A stretch of DNA of 63,179 bases, counting the filler. It is 5 parts of 5 records of this genome, joined end to end, with 100 filler letters (N's around TTAATTAATTAA, not from the genome) between each part and the next. Parts side by side here need not be neighbours in the genome. Positions count along the whole stretch, not along the records: positions 49,354 to 63,179 come from SRR31147125_913; 4 more parts are not named here. One strand, 5' to 3'. The notes under the pieces were generated by a model. The model searched no databases. It worked only from the letters and a program-made list of their open reading frames with translations, and was not told where the DNA came from. A program made the translations under genes and the position numbers. This document shows, piece after piece, positions 50,699-61,791 of this stretch. Each line of letters begins with the position of its first letter. Position 1 is the stretch's first letter.

Positions 50699-51196
50699 AT
50701 GGTAAAAACAATCGATAAAAGTGAACATTATCAAATTATTATTGATAGATTTTTAAAACGTGGTGTGAAATTAGAAGATATTGCAGAAATTACTTATGAC
50801 TTACAAAAAAAGTATATTCCAAATTTAACGTTAGCGTTGTGTTTAGAACATGTGAATAAAGTCATGATGAAACGTGAAGTACAACATGCTGCGCTCACTG
50901 GATTAGAACTTGATCGTTTAGCAGAAGAAAAATTATTAGAAGAACCTTTATTATCAATGCTATTAAAAGATTATAGTTTATATGGCATTGATGAAATTAT
51001 GGCATTATCAATCGTTAATGTATATGGTTCAATTGGATTTACAAATTTTGGATTTGTAGATAAAATGAAATACGGTATTATTAAAAAGTTAGATGAAGCA
51101 GGTAAAAAACCTGATACATGCTATACATTTATTGATGACATCGTAGGTGCAATTGCAGCAGCTGCAGCTTCATCACTAGCACATAGATTTGCATAA
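50699..51196 (+). CDS. Phosphatidylglycerophosphatase A-like (YutG family)
   Basis: KREVQHA.LTG, YGIDE, YGSIGFTNFG, FIDDIVGAIAAAA. Confidence 0.85.
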   Translation: MVKTIDKSEHYQIIIDRFLKRGVKLEDIAEITYDLQKKYIPNLTLALCLEHVNKVMMKREVQHAALTGLELDRLAEEKLLEEPLLSMLLKDYSLYGIDEIMALSIVNVYGSIGFTNFGFVDKMKYGIIKKLDEAGKKPDTCYTFIDDIVGAIAAAAASSLAHRFA

Positions 51197-51246
51197 TTAT
51201 AGATTTCTCATGCTTATATATGATAATTTATAGGTGAGGTGGAATC

Positions 51247-51675
51247 ATGGATAAAAAATCGTTAAAGAAGAAATTAACACCCATTCAATATCATGTTACA
51301 CAAGAAAATGGGACTGAAAGACCGTATCAAAATGAATATTGGGATCATCATGGTGAAGGTATTTATGTTGATATTGTTTCAGGAGAACCCTTATTTTCGA
51401 GTTTAGACAAGTTTGATAGTCATTGTGGATGGCCTAGTTTTGCAAAACCATTAGAGAAGGTTAAAACAAATCTTGACACGAGTCACAACATGCATCGTAC
51501 TGAAGTTCGTAGTGAAGAATCAGATAGTCATTTAGGTCACTTGTTTTCAGATGGACCCATTGAGTTAGGTGGTTATCGTTATTGTATTAATTCAGCAGCA
51601 CTGAGATTTATACCAAAAGAAGAACTTGAAAAAGAAGGATATGAAGCGTATCTTACATTATTCGATCAAACATAA
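51247..51675 (+). CDS. msrB: Methionine-R-sulfoxide reductase
   Basis: GTERP, CGWPSF, HLGHLF.DGP, RYCINS. Confidence 0.95.
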   Translation: MDKKSLKKKLTPIQYHVTQENGTERPYQNEYWDHHGEGIYVDIVSGEPLFSSLDKFDSHCGWPSFAKPLEKVKTNLDTSHNMHRTEVRSEESDSHLGHLFSDGPIELGGYRYCINSAALRFIPKEELEKEGYEAYLTLFDQT

Positions 51676-51779
51676 AATGCTAGTAATCTAGCATTTTTTT
51701 GTAATCAATTTGTAAATCAATGACAAAACTTTAACATATTCATGATATACTTATTTTAAATCATGGGTAAGGGAGTTAA

Positions 51780-53396
51780 GTGATGAAATTAAATTATAAA
51801 AAAACAATCTATATTGGTCTAGCATTCTTTATTATTACAATTTTTTGGCAAACATATGATAATATTATTGCCAAAATAATGATTGACAAATTTGGGTTAA
51901 ACCAAACAACCTCAGGTATTGTTATGGCGCTTGATAATGTCTTAGCGTTATTTATGTTACCTTTGTTTGGCGCGTTATCAGATAAAAGAAATGCGAAAAA
52001 GGGTAGACGAACACCATTTATTGTATTTGGGACGGTTGCTGCAGCTTTTCTATTTATGTCATTATCATTTATGGATCACATTCAAACAACAAGAATTGAG
52101 CAAGACACACAAATTATTGCTTTATATGAAGCAAATCAAGAAGTTAGTGATGAGACAAGAAAATCTGAGAGTTATTGGTATACAGTGTTAAACACCATGG
52201 ATAGTGAAAGACTTCAAAAGTTAAACACTGGAGTGATTAGTCAAGAACGATATGATCATTTTATTGACGATACGTATAACGAAATTAATGATATATTAGA
52301 AGCCAATGAATCATCGACATTATCAGTAGGAGATTTGGCTTATTTGTCTGATTATTATCAAACATATTTATCAACACTAGCATGGGAAGAAACGGTATCT
52401 GATCCACTGAATTTTATTGTGTTTGTCGTGATGCTATTACTCACACTTATTGCGATGTCAACATTTAGATCCCCAGCTGTTAGTCTTATGCCAGATGTAA
52501 CAATTAAACCACTTCGCAGTAAAGCCAATGCGATTATTAATCTCATGGGTGCTGCAGCAGGAACAACTGCACTGATACTTTTAACAGTACTGCAGTTGTC
52601 GGGTAAATCATATGTACACTATACATCTGCATTTGTTAGTGTCGGATTAATTATGCTTGTGGTTTTAGTTGTATTCTTATTTAAAGTTAAAGAACCAAAA
52701 TTAGTTGAAGAAAAAATAGCTTTAGAAAAATCACTCGATTTAGAAGAAGATGAAGTTGAAGAAGATATGAGTCAACTACCAAGAGACAAAAAGATTTCTT
52801 TAATATTGATTCTATCATCTGTATTTTTATGGTTTATGGGTTATAATGCTGTTATTTCAAAAGTGTCTGATTATGTACCTCATATTTTACAACTGCCATC
52901 GTTTACACTACCATTATTAGTGGCAAACGTCACAGCCATTATTGCATTTATACCAATTGGGATTATATCTACAAAAATTGGTCGTAAGAAAGCAATACTT
53001 ATAGGTATTGTCTTACTTACTGTTTGCTTTGGTTCAGCTTCATTTGTTAATGAAGAAACCGGATGGGTTATGTACATCATTTTTGGATTAACGGGTATTG
53101 CTTGGGCAACGATCAATGTAAATTCATATCCAATGGTCGTAGAACTTGCTAAAGGTTCAAATGTTGGTAAATATACAGGATACTATTATGCATTTTCTAT
53201 GGCAGCACAAATATTAACACCTATATTATCAGGTATATTTATGGATTATGTATTTAATACTAGACTTGTATTATTCCCTTATGCAGCTGTATTTGTTGCC
53301 TTTAGTTTCATCACGATGATGTTTACAAAACATGGTGATGCAATTCATATAGAAGAAAAAGGATTACTTGAAAGTTTTGATGTTGATATGGATTAA
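51780..53396 (+). CDS. MFS sugar transporter (MalT/GPH-like) with large loop insertion
   Basis: GALSD...GRRTPF, RSPAVSLMPD, GKYTGYYY. Confidence 0.85.
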   Translation: MMKLNYKKTIYIGLAFFIITIFWQTYDNIIAKIMIDKFGLNQTTSGIVMALDNVLALFMLPLFGALSDKRNAKKGRRTPFIVFGTVAAAFLFMSLSFMDHIQTTRIEQDTQIIALYEANQEVSDETRKSESYWYTVLNTMDSERLQKLNTGVISQERYDHFIDDTYNEINDILEANESSTLSVGDLAYLSDYYQTYLSTLAWEETVSDPLNFIVFVVMLLLTLIAMSTFRSPAVSLMPDVTIKPLRSKANAIINLMGAAAGTTALILLTVLQLSGKSYVHYTSAFVSVGLIMLVVLVVFLFKVKEPKLVEEKIALEKSLDLEEDEVEEDMSQLPRDKKISLILILSSVFLWFMGYNAVISKVSDYVPHILQLPSFTLPLLVANVTAIIAFIPIGIISTKIGRKKAILIGIVLLTVCFGSASFVNEETGWVMYIIFGLTGIAWATINVNSYPMVVELAKGSNVGKYTGYYYAFSMAAQILTPILSGIFMDYVFNTRLVLFPYAAVFVAFSFITMMFTKHGDAIHIEEKGLLESFDVDMD

Positions 53397-53402
53397 AAAA
53401 AT

Positions 53403-53430
53403 AAGCTCATTTCTTAGATGAAATGAGCTT
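53403..53430. terminator. Bidirectional terminator
   Basis: AAGCTCATTTC..GAAATGAGCTT between convergent genes. Confidence 0.75.
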
Positions 53431-53435
53431 TTCTT

Positions 53436-54170
53436 TTATTCAGGTTTAAAATATTCGAACACGATATTATCATAATGATTCTTAACGAAATTAAATGTTT
53501 TTTGATCTCTTGCGACATAACTAATAATTGTTTTGCCTTGTTTTTTTGCTTTATCTAAATGCTTATTTGGCATATATTTAACATTGTAACTGATAAAATC
53601 AGGTTTCGTATAAACATTAAAAAATAAACGTCCTAATAAGGCACCAACAAAAGGATTCACTGGTTCATTTTTATGATATTTTGTTGCAATTTGTCCTCGA
53701 ATCACTTCGGGTGCATGTTGCCTAAACCATTTAACGACTTTGGGATGAAATGAAAAAATCGCATATTGTCCTTGATATGTTTTTAAACGATGATAAACAA
53801 GTTCACAAAATTTTTCAATTTCACCAAAAGGTTTAATCTCTATCAATAATGGAACGCGACCATCGACGTACTCAAGTAACTCATTAAATGTTGGGATATG
53901 CTCATTGGTATTGTTTAATTTTAAAGATTTAATGTCATCATAAGTCACTGAAGAAACATCTTTATCTAGTCCAGTCATTCTTTTTAAAAGATGATCGTGA
54001 AAAACAATGATTGATTCGTCTTTTAGCATATTTAAATCAAGTTCTATACCATAACCTTGGGAGAGCGCATTTTTAAATGCTAGCATAGAATTTTCTGGAA
54101 TGCTTAAATCTTTTGTGTGTAATCCTCGGTGTGCTAATTTGGTATTTTTTAGCCATAATAAGTCTTTCAT
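53436..54170 (-). CDS. Glycerophosphodiester phosphodiesterase family protein
   Basis: AHRGLH, PENSM.AF, IELD, VFHD, LIEIK. Confidence 0.9.
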   Translation of the reverse strand: MKDLLWLKNTKLAHRGLHTKDLSIPENSMLAFKNALSQGYGIELDLNMLKDESIIVFHDHLLKRMTGLDKDVSSVTYDDIKSLKLNNTNEHIPTFNELLEYVDGRVPLLIEIKPFGEIEKFCELVYHRLKTYQGQYAIFSFHPKVVKWFRQHAPEVIRGQIATKYHKNEPVNPFVGALLGRLFFNVYTKPDFISYNVKYMPNKHLDKAKKQGKTIISYVARDQKTFNFVKNHYDNIVFEYFKPE

Positions 54171-54332
54171 GATTTCTCCTATTTAGTTCTTAAAATCATT
54201 AAGCCAATTTATTGTAAATTCAAGATAAGTACGATGTTATTATAGCACAATTAAAATCAAGCTAAAATACAATTGTTGTTTTCATAAAAAATATAACAAA
54301 TTATTTACATGAACCACTTTTGCAAGTAATAA

Positions 54333-54346
54333 TGAAAACGTTTCCG
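54333..54346 (+). promoter_or_regulatory. LacI-family (MalR/CcpA-like) operator
   Basis: TGAAAACGTTTCCG upstream of TATAAT at the start of the amylase operon. Confidence 0.55.
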
Positions 54347-54398
54347 CATTTCGCAATATGGTATAATTACAACACAAGTAGAGAAAGAGGTACGCGAT

Positions 54399-54845
54399 AT
54401 GGTTCCGTCATTTGAAAAACGTGTAAGAGCATTTGCAATAGATACATCAGGAGTGACTCTATTAATGATTTTATCCATTCCTTTTGGGATGGATATAGCA
54501 CAATTTATCATTATTGGTGCAGTTATATTATTTTATTTCCTCCCGTATTTTTTCATCAAAGGACAAACCTTTGGCAAACGTATTCAAAAAATTAAAATTG
54601 TAACCTTAGATGACAAGGATGTAGCAATATGGAAAATATTACTTCGAGAAGCTTTTAAACTCGGACTTTCAGTTTTAACATTTGGTATATATTTAGTTGT
54701 CGCATTTTTCTTTATGAGTGATAAAACTAGTCGTACAATTCATGATTATATATTTAAAACAAAAATGATAGATTTAAAACCAGAAAGATATAGTAACAAT
54801 GTTTTACAAACGACTGAATCGCTGAAGCGAAGAGGCATAAAATAA
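54399..54845 (+). CDS. RDD family membrane protein
   Basis: KRVRAFAID, GQTFGK, RTIHD. Confidence 0.85.
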   Translation: MVPSFEKRVRAFAIDTSGVTLLMILSIPFGMDIAQFIIIGAVILFYFLPYFFIKGQTFGKRIQKIKIVTLDDKDVAIWKILLREAFKLGLSVLTFGIYLVVAFFFMSDKTSRTIHDYIFKTKMIDLKPERYSNNVLQTTESLKRRGIK

Positions 54846-56380
54846 TGAAAAAAATTCAACTAACACTTATCATTTTATTATTTACTTTTTTGCTTGCATC
54901 ATGCAAAACTTCCGATGAAGTAGATGTCATGCAACAAATGAAAGAATCAAATGAAAAAAATGATGTTTATTATGAAATATTTGTAAGATCTTTTGCAGAT
55001 AGTGATAATGACGGCATTGGTGATTTAAACGGTATTACAGAAAACCTAGATTATCTCGATGATTTAGGTGTGACAGCTTTATGGTTAATGCCAATCAACG
55101 AAGGACCAAGTTATCATGGGTATAGCATTACAGATTATTATGATATTGAATCTGATTATGGGACAATGGATGATTTTCAAAATCTCATTGACAAAGCTGC
55201 TGAAAAAGATATAAAGATTATGATTGATTTAGTCATTAATCATACATCGGATCAACATCCATGGTATATCGATGCACAATATGATGAAGCATCTCCATAT
55301 CGAGATTATTATACATGGACTGGTCCATCAACTGCTTTTTCAAGTTTTGTGGGTGGTATGGTAGATTTAAACTTATCAAGTGATGCAGTTGTTGAAGAAA
55401 TTCGTGATATGGTAGATTTTTACATGGCTATGGGTGTTACCGGATTTCGATTAGATGCTGCCAAACATTTCTTTGATAAAGCCGAAAACGGTGGAACATC
55501 AGTTGATAACATCGTTTTTATTGCAGAATTAAATGCATATATGAAATCGATTAACGAAGATAGTTTCTTAGTTTCAGAAGTTTATGAACCATCAGTTGAT
55601 TTATATGCAAATTATTTCCAATCAAGTGACTCGGCATTTAACTTTTATGCTTCAGATAAAATCGTAGAAGCTGTATCTGGTTCTAGTATCAGTCGATTAG
55701 CAAGTAGAATTCAAAACACTTATGAAGATTTTTATGAGTACAATGCAGATTTTATTGATACATCATTTTTAAGAAATCATGATCAAGACCGCTTTGCATC
55801 AGTCATATCACAAGACTATTTAGATGCTAAATTAAAACTAGGCGCACGTATCTTACTAACATTACCTGGTTCCCCTATTATTTATTATGGTGAGGAGATT
55901 GGTATGAAAGGGATACGTTATGAAGCATTAAACATTGAAGGATATGATGCAGATATATATGATGAATATCGTCGTTCACCACTATTGTGGGGAAATAGTG
56001 ATATTGAGACAACATGGCTTCCTGATATTGGATTAAATGATGAGACTGAAGATATTGCAACGCAACAAGATGATATGAATTCTGTTTGGAGAGCCTATCA
56101 AGAAATCATTGAGATTAGAAAAGCACATCCTGCACTCATGTATGGTAATACATTTGAACTATTTAAAGGTAATAATAATAAAATACAAGGATATGTTAGA
56201 TATTATACATATGAAGATTCATATAGCGAAGCAGTGCTGGTGATACATAATTTATCAGCGAATGCCTATGAAATGACAGATATTGATTACGAAGAAATCA
56301 TTATGGGTTCTCTAAATATGGCAGGATATGATACACTTATATTAAAGATAAATCCTGATAGTATTGGAGACTACATTTAA
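54845..56380 (+). CDS. GH13 alpha-amylase lipoprotein
   Basis: Lipobox LASC; YEIFVRSFADSD.DGIGDL, DLVINH, GFRLDAAKH, NHDQDR. Confidence 0.92.
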   Translation: MKKIQLTLIILLFTFLLASCKTSDEVDVMQQMKESNEKNDVYYEIFVRSFADSDNDGIGDLNGITENLDYLDDLGVTALWLMPINEGPSYHGYSITDYYDIESDYGTMDDFQNLIDKAAEKDIKIMIDLVINHTSDQHPWYIDAQYDEASPYRDYYTWTGPSTAFSSFVGGMVDLNLSSDAVVEEIRDMVDFYMAMGVTGFRLDAAKHFFDKAENGGTSVDNIVFIAELNAYMKSINEDSFLVSEVYEPSVDLYANYFQSSDSAFNFYASDKIVEAVSGSSISRLASRIQNTYEDFYEYNADFIDTSFLRNHDQDRFASVISQDYLDAKLKLGARILLTLPGSPIIYYGEEIGMKGIRYEALNIEGYDADIYDEYRRSPLLWGNSDIETTWLPDIGLNDETEDIATQQDDMNSVWRAYQEIIEIRKAHPALMYGNTFELFKGNNNKIQGYVRYYTYEDSYSEAVLVIHNLSANAYEMTDIDYEEIIMGSLNMAGYDTLILKINPDSIGDYI

Positions 56381-57195
56381 TGTTTATTGTAAATTATTTT
56401 AGGTATGGTTTTGATTTTCCAAATATATTGGCAAGAAGAAGAGAACCGTTCATTAAAGTATTCATATTTTTTATACTCATGGTGATGGTCAGTAATGTTC
56501 CTCATATTTATAAAATTGTCGATGAAGAAGGATGGACGATTTCGTTTATTGAAGAATCATTTAAACAAGAGACGCCTGTTTATGGTACATTTGATCTACC
56601 AGATGGCATATCTATTCATTATTATGGACTACAAGTACCAAACGATGATGAATATGTGCTTTATACAGAAGATTACATGATTGTCATTAATGCCCAATCA
56701 TCCTCATATGATACAACTTATGAGCAAGTTCTGCTTTATACAGATGAGATTAAATATATTAATACAGATGATGAAACGCTTACCGGAAGTTACCGTGGTT
56801 TTAGTGAAACATTTGATTTTGATTCTGTGATGCTAGATGTTGATAATTGGCAAAATAATATGTATAGATTTGCAGAAAGTATCGAAGCTGGCTTTAGTAA
56901 GTATGTGATATTTTATGCGATATTTACCTACACCAGTGTACAAATTTTATCAACTGCAATATTACTTGTTGCATTAAGTTTAATCTTAAGATTATTTAAA
57001 TTTGGATATACGCATTATATGACATACTTTGAAGGATTAAAAATGTTAGTATTCACACTTCCTGTGCCTGTTCTTATTGGCTTTATTGTAGGATTTTTCA
57101 TTGATCCTTTAACCCCGTTTATTGTACAATTTGGTATTGGTTTAATTACAATGTTTGTGATGCTAAAATTTGCAAAATTACATTTCACTGCGTAA
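56380..57195 (+). CDS. Membrane protein, MalA/DUF1189-like
   Basis: One N-terminal and three C-terminal TMs, in a maltodextrin operon. Confidence 0.6.
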   Translation: MFIVNYFRYGFDFPNILARRREPFIKVFIFFILMVMVSNVPHIYKIVDEEGWTISFIEESFKQETPVYGTFDLPDGISIHYYGLQVPNDDEYVLYTEDYMIVINAQSSSYDTTYEQVLLYTDEIKYINTDDETLTGSYRGFSETFDFDSVMLDVDNWQNNMYRFAESIEAGFSKYVIFYAIFTYTSVQILSTAILLVALSLILRLFKFGYTHYMTYFEGLKMLVFTLPVPVLIGFIVGFFIDPLTPFIVQFGIGLITMFVMLKFAKLHFTA

Positions 57196-57210
57196 CTGAA
57201 TATAGATATA

Positions 57211-57276
57211 AGTAGAGCATACGTGCTCTACTTTTTTTATTTTAAAAAAAACACTTCAATCGAAATTGAAGTGTTT
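57211..57276. terminator. Pair of terminators between convergent genes
   Basis: AGTAGAGCA..TGCTCTACT+T run; AAACACTTCAAT..ATTGAAGTGTTT preceded by an A run. Confidence 0.75.
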
Positions 57277-57282
57277 AATAAA

Positions 57283-60060
57283 TTAAATTGTTTTGTTTTT
57301 CTTTATAAGTATAAATGAAACAATACCAGTAATTGCAACAACACCTACACCAATTGAAACAAATAATAATACATTATTTGATTCACCCTCGTCATCTGGG
57401 ATATCAAGTGGTTCACTTAATATATCAGTTGTAAGCACCATGGTTGTATAACTAGGTACATAAATCTCATTCGAAACAGATTCGATACCTTCAAGGTTTA
57501 CTAAGTAATGATCACTAAGTACTTCATAAGTTATATCACCAAGATCAATGGATGAGAACCCATCTGGGTGATCACTGACATGAATGACAACAACATCTGC
57601 ACGATCGCCTTTAATCAAATATGCAATGGTGTAGTCATCAGTTTCAAAGAATGTTAAATTCTCTTCGATATCAACAGCTTCTGCGTATCTAAAGTTTTCA
57701 TAGATGCTTCTGAGTTTAATCATGTTTTTATAATACTCAAATGTTTCATAATAATCAATTTTTCTTGACCAATCTAATTGATTAACTTCATCACCAGATT
57801 CATAAGAGTTTTCATCATTTCCTTTTGTTCTAAGGAATTCAACACCAGCATGTAAGAATGGTATACCTTGTGAGGTTAATACAATGGCATTTGCTTCTTG
57901 TTGAAGATAAGGTATTTGAGATCTTGATACACCAGAAAGTTTAAGTTTATCGTATAATGTATGATTATCATGTGCTGATACATAATTGACGATTTTTTCA
58001 GGATCTAAATGCCAAGCATCAACATCAACATCATCAAAATCTAATCCCCCTGTAATACCATATTGCGTCATATTTTTAAAACTATTCATATCTGTGCCTT
58101 CGTTACTTTGAAGCCAACCGCCTTCGCTCTCATTAAATACTGAACCTTTTATACCATCACGTGTGACATCGCTAAATGCACCCACTGTGTTTAAATCATC
58201 AATGTTATCTTTACCGGCTCTTTGATCAAGACTAAGTGGAGAATCTCCACCCATCCAAGGTTCACCATATAAAACAATCGTTGGATCAATTTCATCAAGT
58301 GCAGCTCTAATTTGATTCATTGTTTCTACATCATGTAATTCCATAAGGTCAAATCTAAAACCTGATAAATTGTATTCTGTCGCTAGAAATACAGTAGAAT
58401 CAACCATGAATTTTCTCATCATTGGTCGTTCTGATGCCGTTTCATTACCTGTTCCGGATCCGTTTGAAAATGAACCATCATCATTTAATCTGTGATAATA
58501 TCCTGGAAGAATCTGATTGAAATTAGAATCTCCAGATAAACCAGTATGATTATAGACAACATCCATAATGACACGAATATCACGATCATGGAATGCTTGT
58601 ACAGCTGTTTTAAATTCTGTAATACGTGTACTACCATCATATGGATTTGTTGAATAACTACCTTCTAAAGTATTAAAATGAAGTGGCATGTAACCCCAGT
58701 TGAATGCATCATAGGATGCTTCATCCAATCTAGTTTCATCAACAACACCAAAATCAAATATTGGAAGAAGTTGAACAGCATTTACACCAAGTTCTTCGAT
58801 ATGATCGAGTCCTGTAGAGACGGTCATACCATCTTCAGTATAGGTTGTTCCCGATTCACTTAAACCTAAGAAAGTTGCACGATAATCTTCGTTACCTGTC
58901 CAAGTTTCATGTGTTGTTAAATCTCTGACATGTAATTCATAAACCGTATAATCTGTCATGTTTAAGATAGTGTTTGGACGATAATCCTCTACCCAATTAA
59001 TCGGATCAGTTTCATCAAAGTCTACAATCATGCCACGTGTACCATTAACACCAGTAGAATATGCATATGGATCAACAACTTCATATGTGGTGCCATCGTT
59101 TGTCACATCAAATGTATAATACTTAGATGCTAAATCTCCTGAAATGATAGCTTCCCATGCTCCATTTTCTATTTGTTCTAATGAAACTGTTTGTGTCGGT
59201 GTGTCTGCTGTTTCTATATAATTACCATCGTTATCATAGTTAGCATGATTTCTATCATAAATATTAACAGCAACACTTTCAGATAATGGTGCCCATAATC
59301 TAAATATTGTTTGATTTTCTTCGTATATAGCACCTAACTCACCTGTGTAAGTAAATGCATCAGTAAATGCATCTGTGTCATATATTTTTTCTTTTGAAAT
59401 ACTCATTGTTCGAGTGACATCACTAAACGTGACTTCAACAGTATATGATTTTGCAATATCAATACCGGTAACAGGTATCGTAAATGATGTTGATTGTGGT
59501 GTATCATTTGCGATGATACTACCAGATTCGTATACTTTATAATTCGTTGCTGCCTTAGTTAAAACAACATCAATATTGAGTGTTTCATCAAAAGAAGCTT
59601 GTAAGATACGATTTCGCTTATCAGGGATATGATTTGTTAAATCATCATTTGATATACCGATGTTTTCATCTTTTTCTACAAGATATGCATGAATTTTGTT
59701 ATCGATAACTTCTGCATTTTCTAAATCTATATAACGATCAACAGAAGATTCTCTTGCACCACCCCATGCACCTTGTTTAATGATGATACCAACGGTTGTC
59801 GCATCATCTAAATTATTGGATGCGTCAAGTGCAACTTCGACATATGCGCCCCAATCATCTGTTTGAGTAAAGTCATGTTCACCAGCAGCAACATCACTTG
59901 CACCTTTTTCATTCCATAAATATGCATTCCAATTTGTATAGTCTTCATCATAACGATAATAGTGTACGACTAAAGTGGATGCATTAACTTCTGCATGAAT
60001 TGTCATAGCAGAAATAGATATAGTAAATAATGTTAATAATATAAATATAATTTTTTTCAT
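57283..60060 (-). CDS. pulA: Type I pullulanase (CBM41-CBM48-GH13), membrane-anchored
   Basis: VHYYRYD CBM41, FRLWAP, YELHVRD, FNWGY.P, DVVYNH, GFRFDLM, GEPW, HDN; C-terminal TM. Confidence 0.92.
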   Translation of the reverse strand: MKKIIFILLTLFTISISAMTIHAEVNASTLVVHYYRYDEDYTNWNAYLWNEKGASDVAAGEHDFTQTDDWGAYVEVALDASNNLDDATTVGIIIKQGAWGGARESSVDRYIDLENAEVIDNKIHAYLVEKDENIGISNDDLTNHIPDKRNRILQASFDETLNIDVVLTKAATNYKVYESGSIIANDTPQSTSFTIPVTGIDIAKSYTVEVTFSDVTRTMSISKEKIYDTDAFTDAFTYTGELGAIYEENQTIFRLWAPLSESVAVNIYDRNHANYDNDGNYIETADTPTQTVSLEQIENGAWEAIISGDLASKYYTFDVTNDGTTYEVVDPYAYSTGVNGTRGMIVDFDETDPINWVEDYRPNTILNMTDYTVYELHVRDLTTHETWTGNEDYRATFLGLSESGTTYTEDGMTVSTGLDHIEELGVNAVQLLPIFDFGVVDETRLDEASYDAFNWGYMPLHFNTLEGSYSTNPYDGSTRITEFKTAVQAFHDRDIRVIMDVVYNHTGLSGDSNFNQILPGYYHRLNDDGSFSNGSGTGNETASERPMMRKFMVDSTVFLATEYNLSGFRFDLMELHDVETMNQIRAALDEIDPTIVLYGEPWMGGDSPLSLDQRAGKDNIDDLNTVGAFSDVTRDGIKGSVFNESEGGWLQSNEGTDMNSFKNMTQYGITGGLDFDDVDVDAWHLDPEKIVNYVSAHDNHTLYDKLKLSGVSRSQIPYLQQEANAIVLTSQGIPFLHAGVEFLRTKGNDENSYESGDEVNQLDWSRKIDYYETFEYYKNMIKLRSIYENFRYAEAVDIEENLTFFETDDYTIAYLIKGDRADVVVIHVSDHPDGFSSIDLGDITYEVLSDHYLVNLEGIESVSNEIYVPSYTTMVLTTDILSEPLDIPDDEGESNNVLLFVSIGVGVVAITGIVSFILIKKNKTI

Positions 60061-60105
60061 AAGTCTCCTCCTACATGACAAAATATATCATATATGATAA
60101 AAAAA

Positions 60106-60164
60106 TGATAGCGATTACAAGATGGTATCGGTTGCATAACGTTTTTATACATAAAGCGGTTACA
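60106..60164. promoter_or_regulatory. Cluster of cre/LacI-type operators in the divergent promoter region
   Basis: TGATAGCGATTACA (60106), TGGTATCGGTTGCA (60123), ATAAAGCGGTTACA (60151). Confidence 0.55.
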
Positions 60165-60229
60165 TTTTATGATATACTCTAGGTGTAAAAGACGAAAGTC
60201 AATACGAAAATCTTTATAGGAGGAAAAAA

Positions 60230-61786
60230 ATGAAGAAAAGTTTAAGTGTATTTTTCTTAGCAGTGATGACGCTAATTATTGGATTTAGTGTAAATGCTGC
60301 TGGAGTAGGTACATCAGATCTAATTGTTCACTATCATGCTTGGGATAACGATTATACAAATCTAGGTTCTCATGCTTGGGGTGATACTGCTGCACCACAA
60401 GAAACACCTGATGGTACAGATGATTTTGGTGTTTATTTTGAATATTTAGATATTGCAATAGGTACAGAAGTTGGTTTTATTGCAGTTGATTGGGCTGGAG
60501 GAGCACAAGACTGGGATAATAAACATACAGGTGATGTATTTATTGACCCTTCAGTATTAGTTGAAGGTGAAACAGTGCATGTTTATGTATTTGAAGGTGC
60601 AAGTAGTGGAAGTGGAACAGATAGTCCACAATACTTAGTTGCTAAACATGATGAATACAATATGATTCTTACATATTTTGATCCATCAGGTTCATATGAA
60701 GAAACATTAGGTGTTCATGCATGGAATGGTTGGACTGGATATCAATCACTTAATGATGATGGCGATTGGGATAATTTAACCATTGCAGCATCTTGGGGTA
60801 GTCCTGATCAAGTATTTATGCAAGTAGGCGTTGCATCAGATGGTACAGCTGTTATGGGCGCAATGTTAACAACTGCTACAGCACCAACTGCAGAAGCTAC
60901 ACCGGGTTTATTGATTTATGCTGGAAAAAATGAAAATAAAAAAACTGGTGATGTTAATGCATATCCTGCATTAGGAGATGCCCCTATACTAGGTGAGGCT
61001 GCTGCAACGTATGTGGTTTCTAAAGGTGATGGCTATGAAGTTGGAGATAATGTATTTGCTAATGACCCAGAATCATTCTTTACTGAAGCATTTAGTTTTA
61101 GATTAGTATCATTTAGTTTAGATGAAATGTCTGGAACTTATGCAGCAAATCCAAATTCAGTGATTGTTAAATTAAGTACAACAATTGCAAACCCATATGC
61201 TGAAGCTGAAACTGAAACTGAAATGGAAGCAGCAATTGCAGAAGTTGAAGGTTGGTTTACTTTAGTAGAAGTAACAGCAGTTGATGAATCAAATGAACCA
61301 ACAGCTTATGGCGATGAAGTAGCCATTGAACGTGTTGACTTTGCACTATCAAATACAACACTTCAAGAATTCGTATTAGTTTTATCAGATGCAAATGCGC
61401 TTGATAATACATTAATGTATGAAATTCAATTTGATTTAGGTTTAGAAACAGATGCTAATAAAGCTGCATCATTAATGGTAAATATGGATACACAAGCACC
61501 TACAATTTCATTTACATCTCCATCTTCAATTATTGGTCAAGAACCAGCAGATAGAGTGATTGAAATTGAATTAGGTAGTGACTGGAATCAATCATGGTTC
61601 CCACGTTACGAAGCAAGTGATAATCGCGATGGTGTCTTAACATCATTTGTATATGTTCCATCAGGTGATTATTCAACATTAAACACTGGTGAACTTGGTG
61701 ATTACACAATTATGCTTGAAGTATCTGATGACTGGGGAAATGTAACTCAAATGACATTCATTTTCCGAGTTGTAGAAGGAGAGTGA
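60230..61786 (+). CDS. Secreted non-catalytic carbohydrate-binding protein (CBM41-like repeats + Ig-like C-terminus)
   Basis: Signal peptide; IVHYH...LGSHAW..GTDDFG and LGVHAW repeats; DTQAPTI...ASDNRDG...VSDDWGN. Confidence 0.65.
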   Translation: MKKSLSVFFLAVMTLIIGFSVNAAGVGTSDLIVHYHAWDNDYTNLGSHAWGDTAAPQETPDGTDDFGVYFEYLDIAIGTEVGFIAVDWAGGAQDWDNKHTGDVFIDPSVLVEGETVHVYVFEGASSGSGTDSPQYLVAKHDEYNMILTYFDPSGSYEETLGVHAWNGWTGYQSLNDDGDWDNLTIAASWGSPDQVFMQVGVASDGTAVMGAMLTTATAPTAEATPGLLIYAGKNENKKTGDVNAYPALGDAPILGEAAATYVVSKGDGYEVGDNVFANDPESFFTEAFSFRLVSFSLDEMSGTYAANPNSVIVKLSTTIANPYAEAETETEMEAAIAEVEGWFTLVEVTAVDESNEPTAYGDEVAIERVDFALSNTTLQEFVLVLSDANALDNTLMYEIQFDLGLETDANKAASLMVNMDTQAPTISFTSPSSIIGQEPADRVIEIELGSDWNQSWFPRYEASDNRDGVLTSFVYVPSGDYSTLNTGELGDYTIMLEVSDDWGNVTQMTFIFRVVEGE

Positions 61787-61791
61787 CAGTT

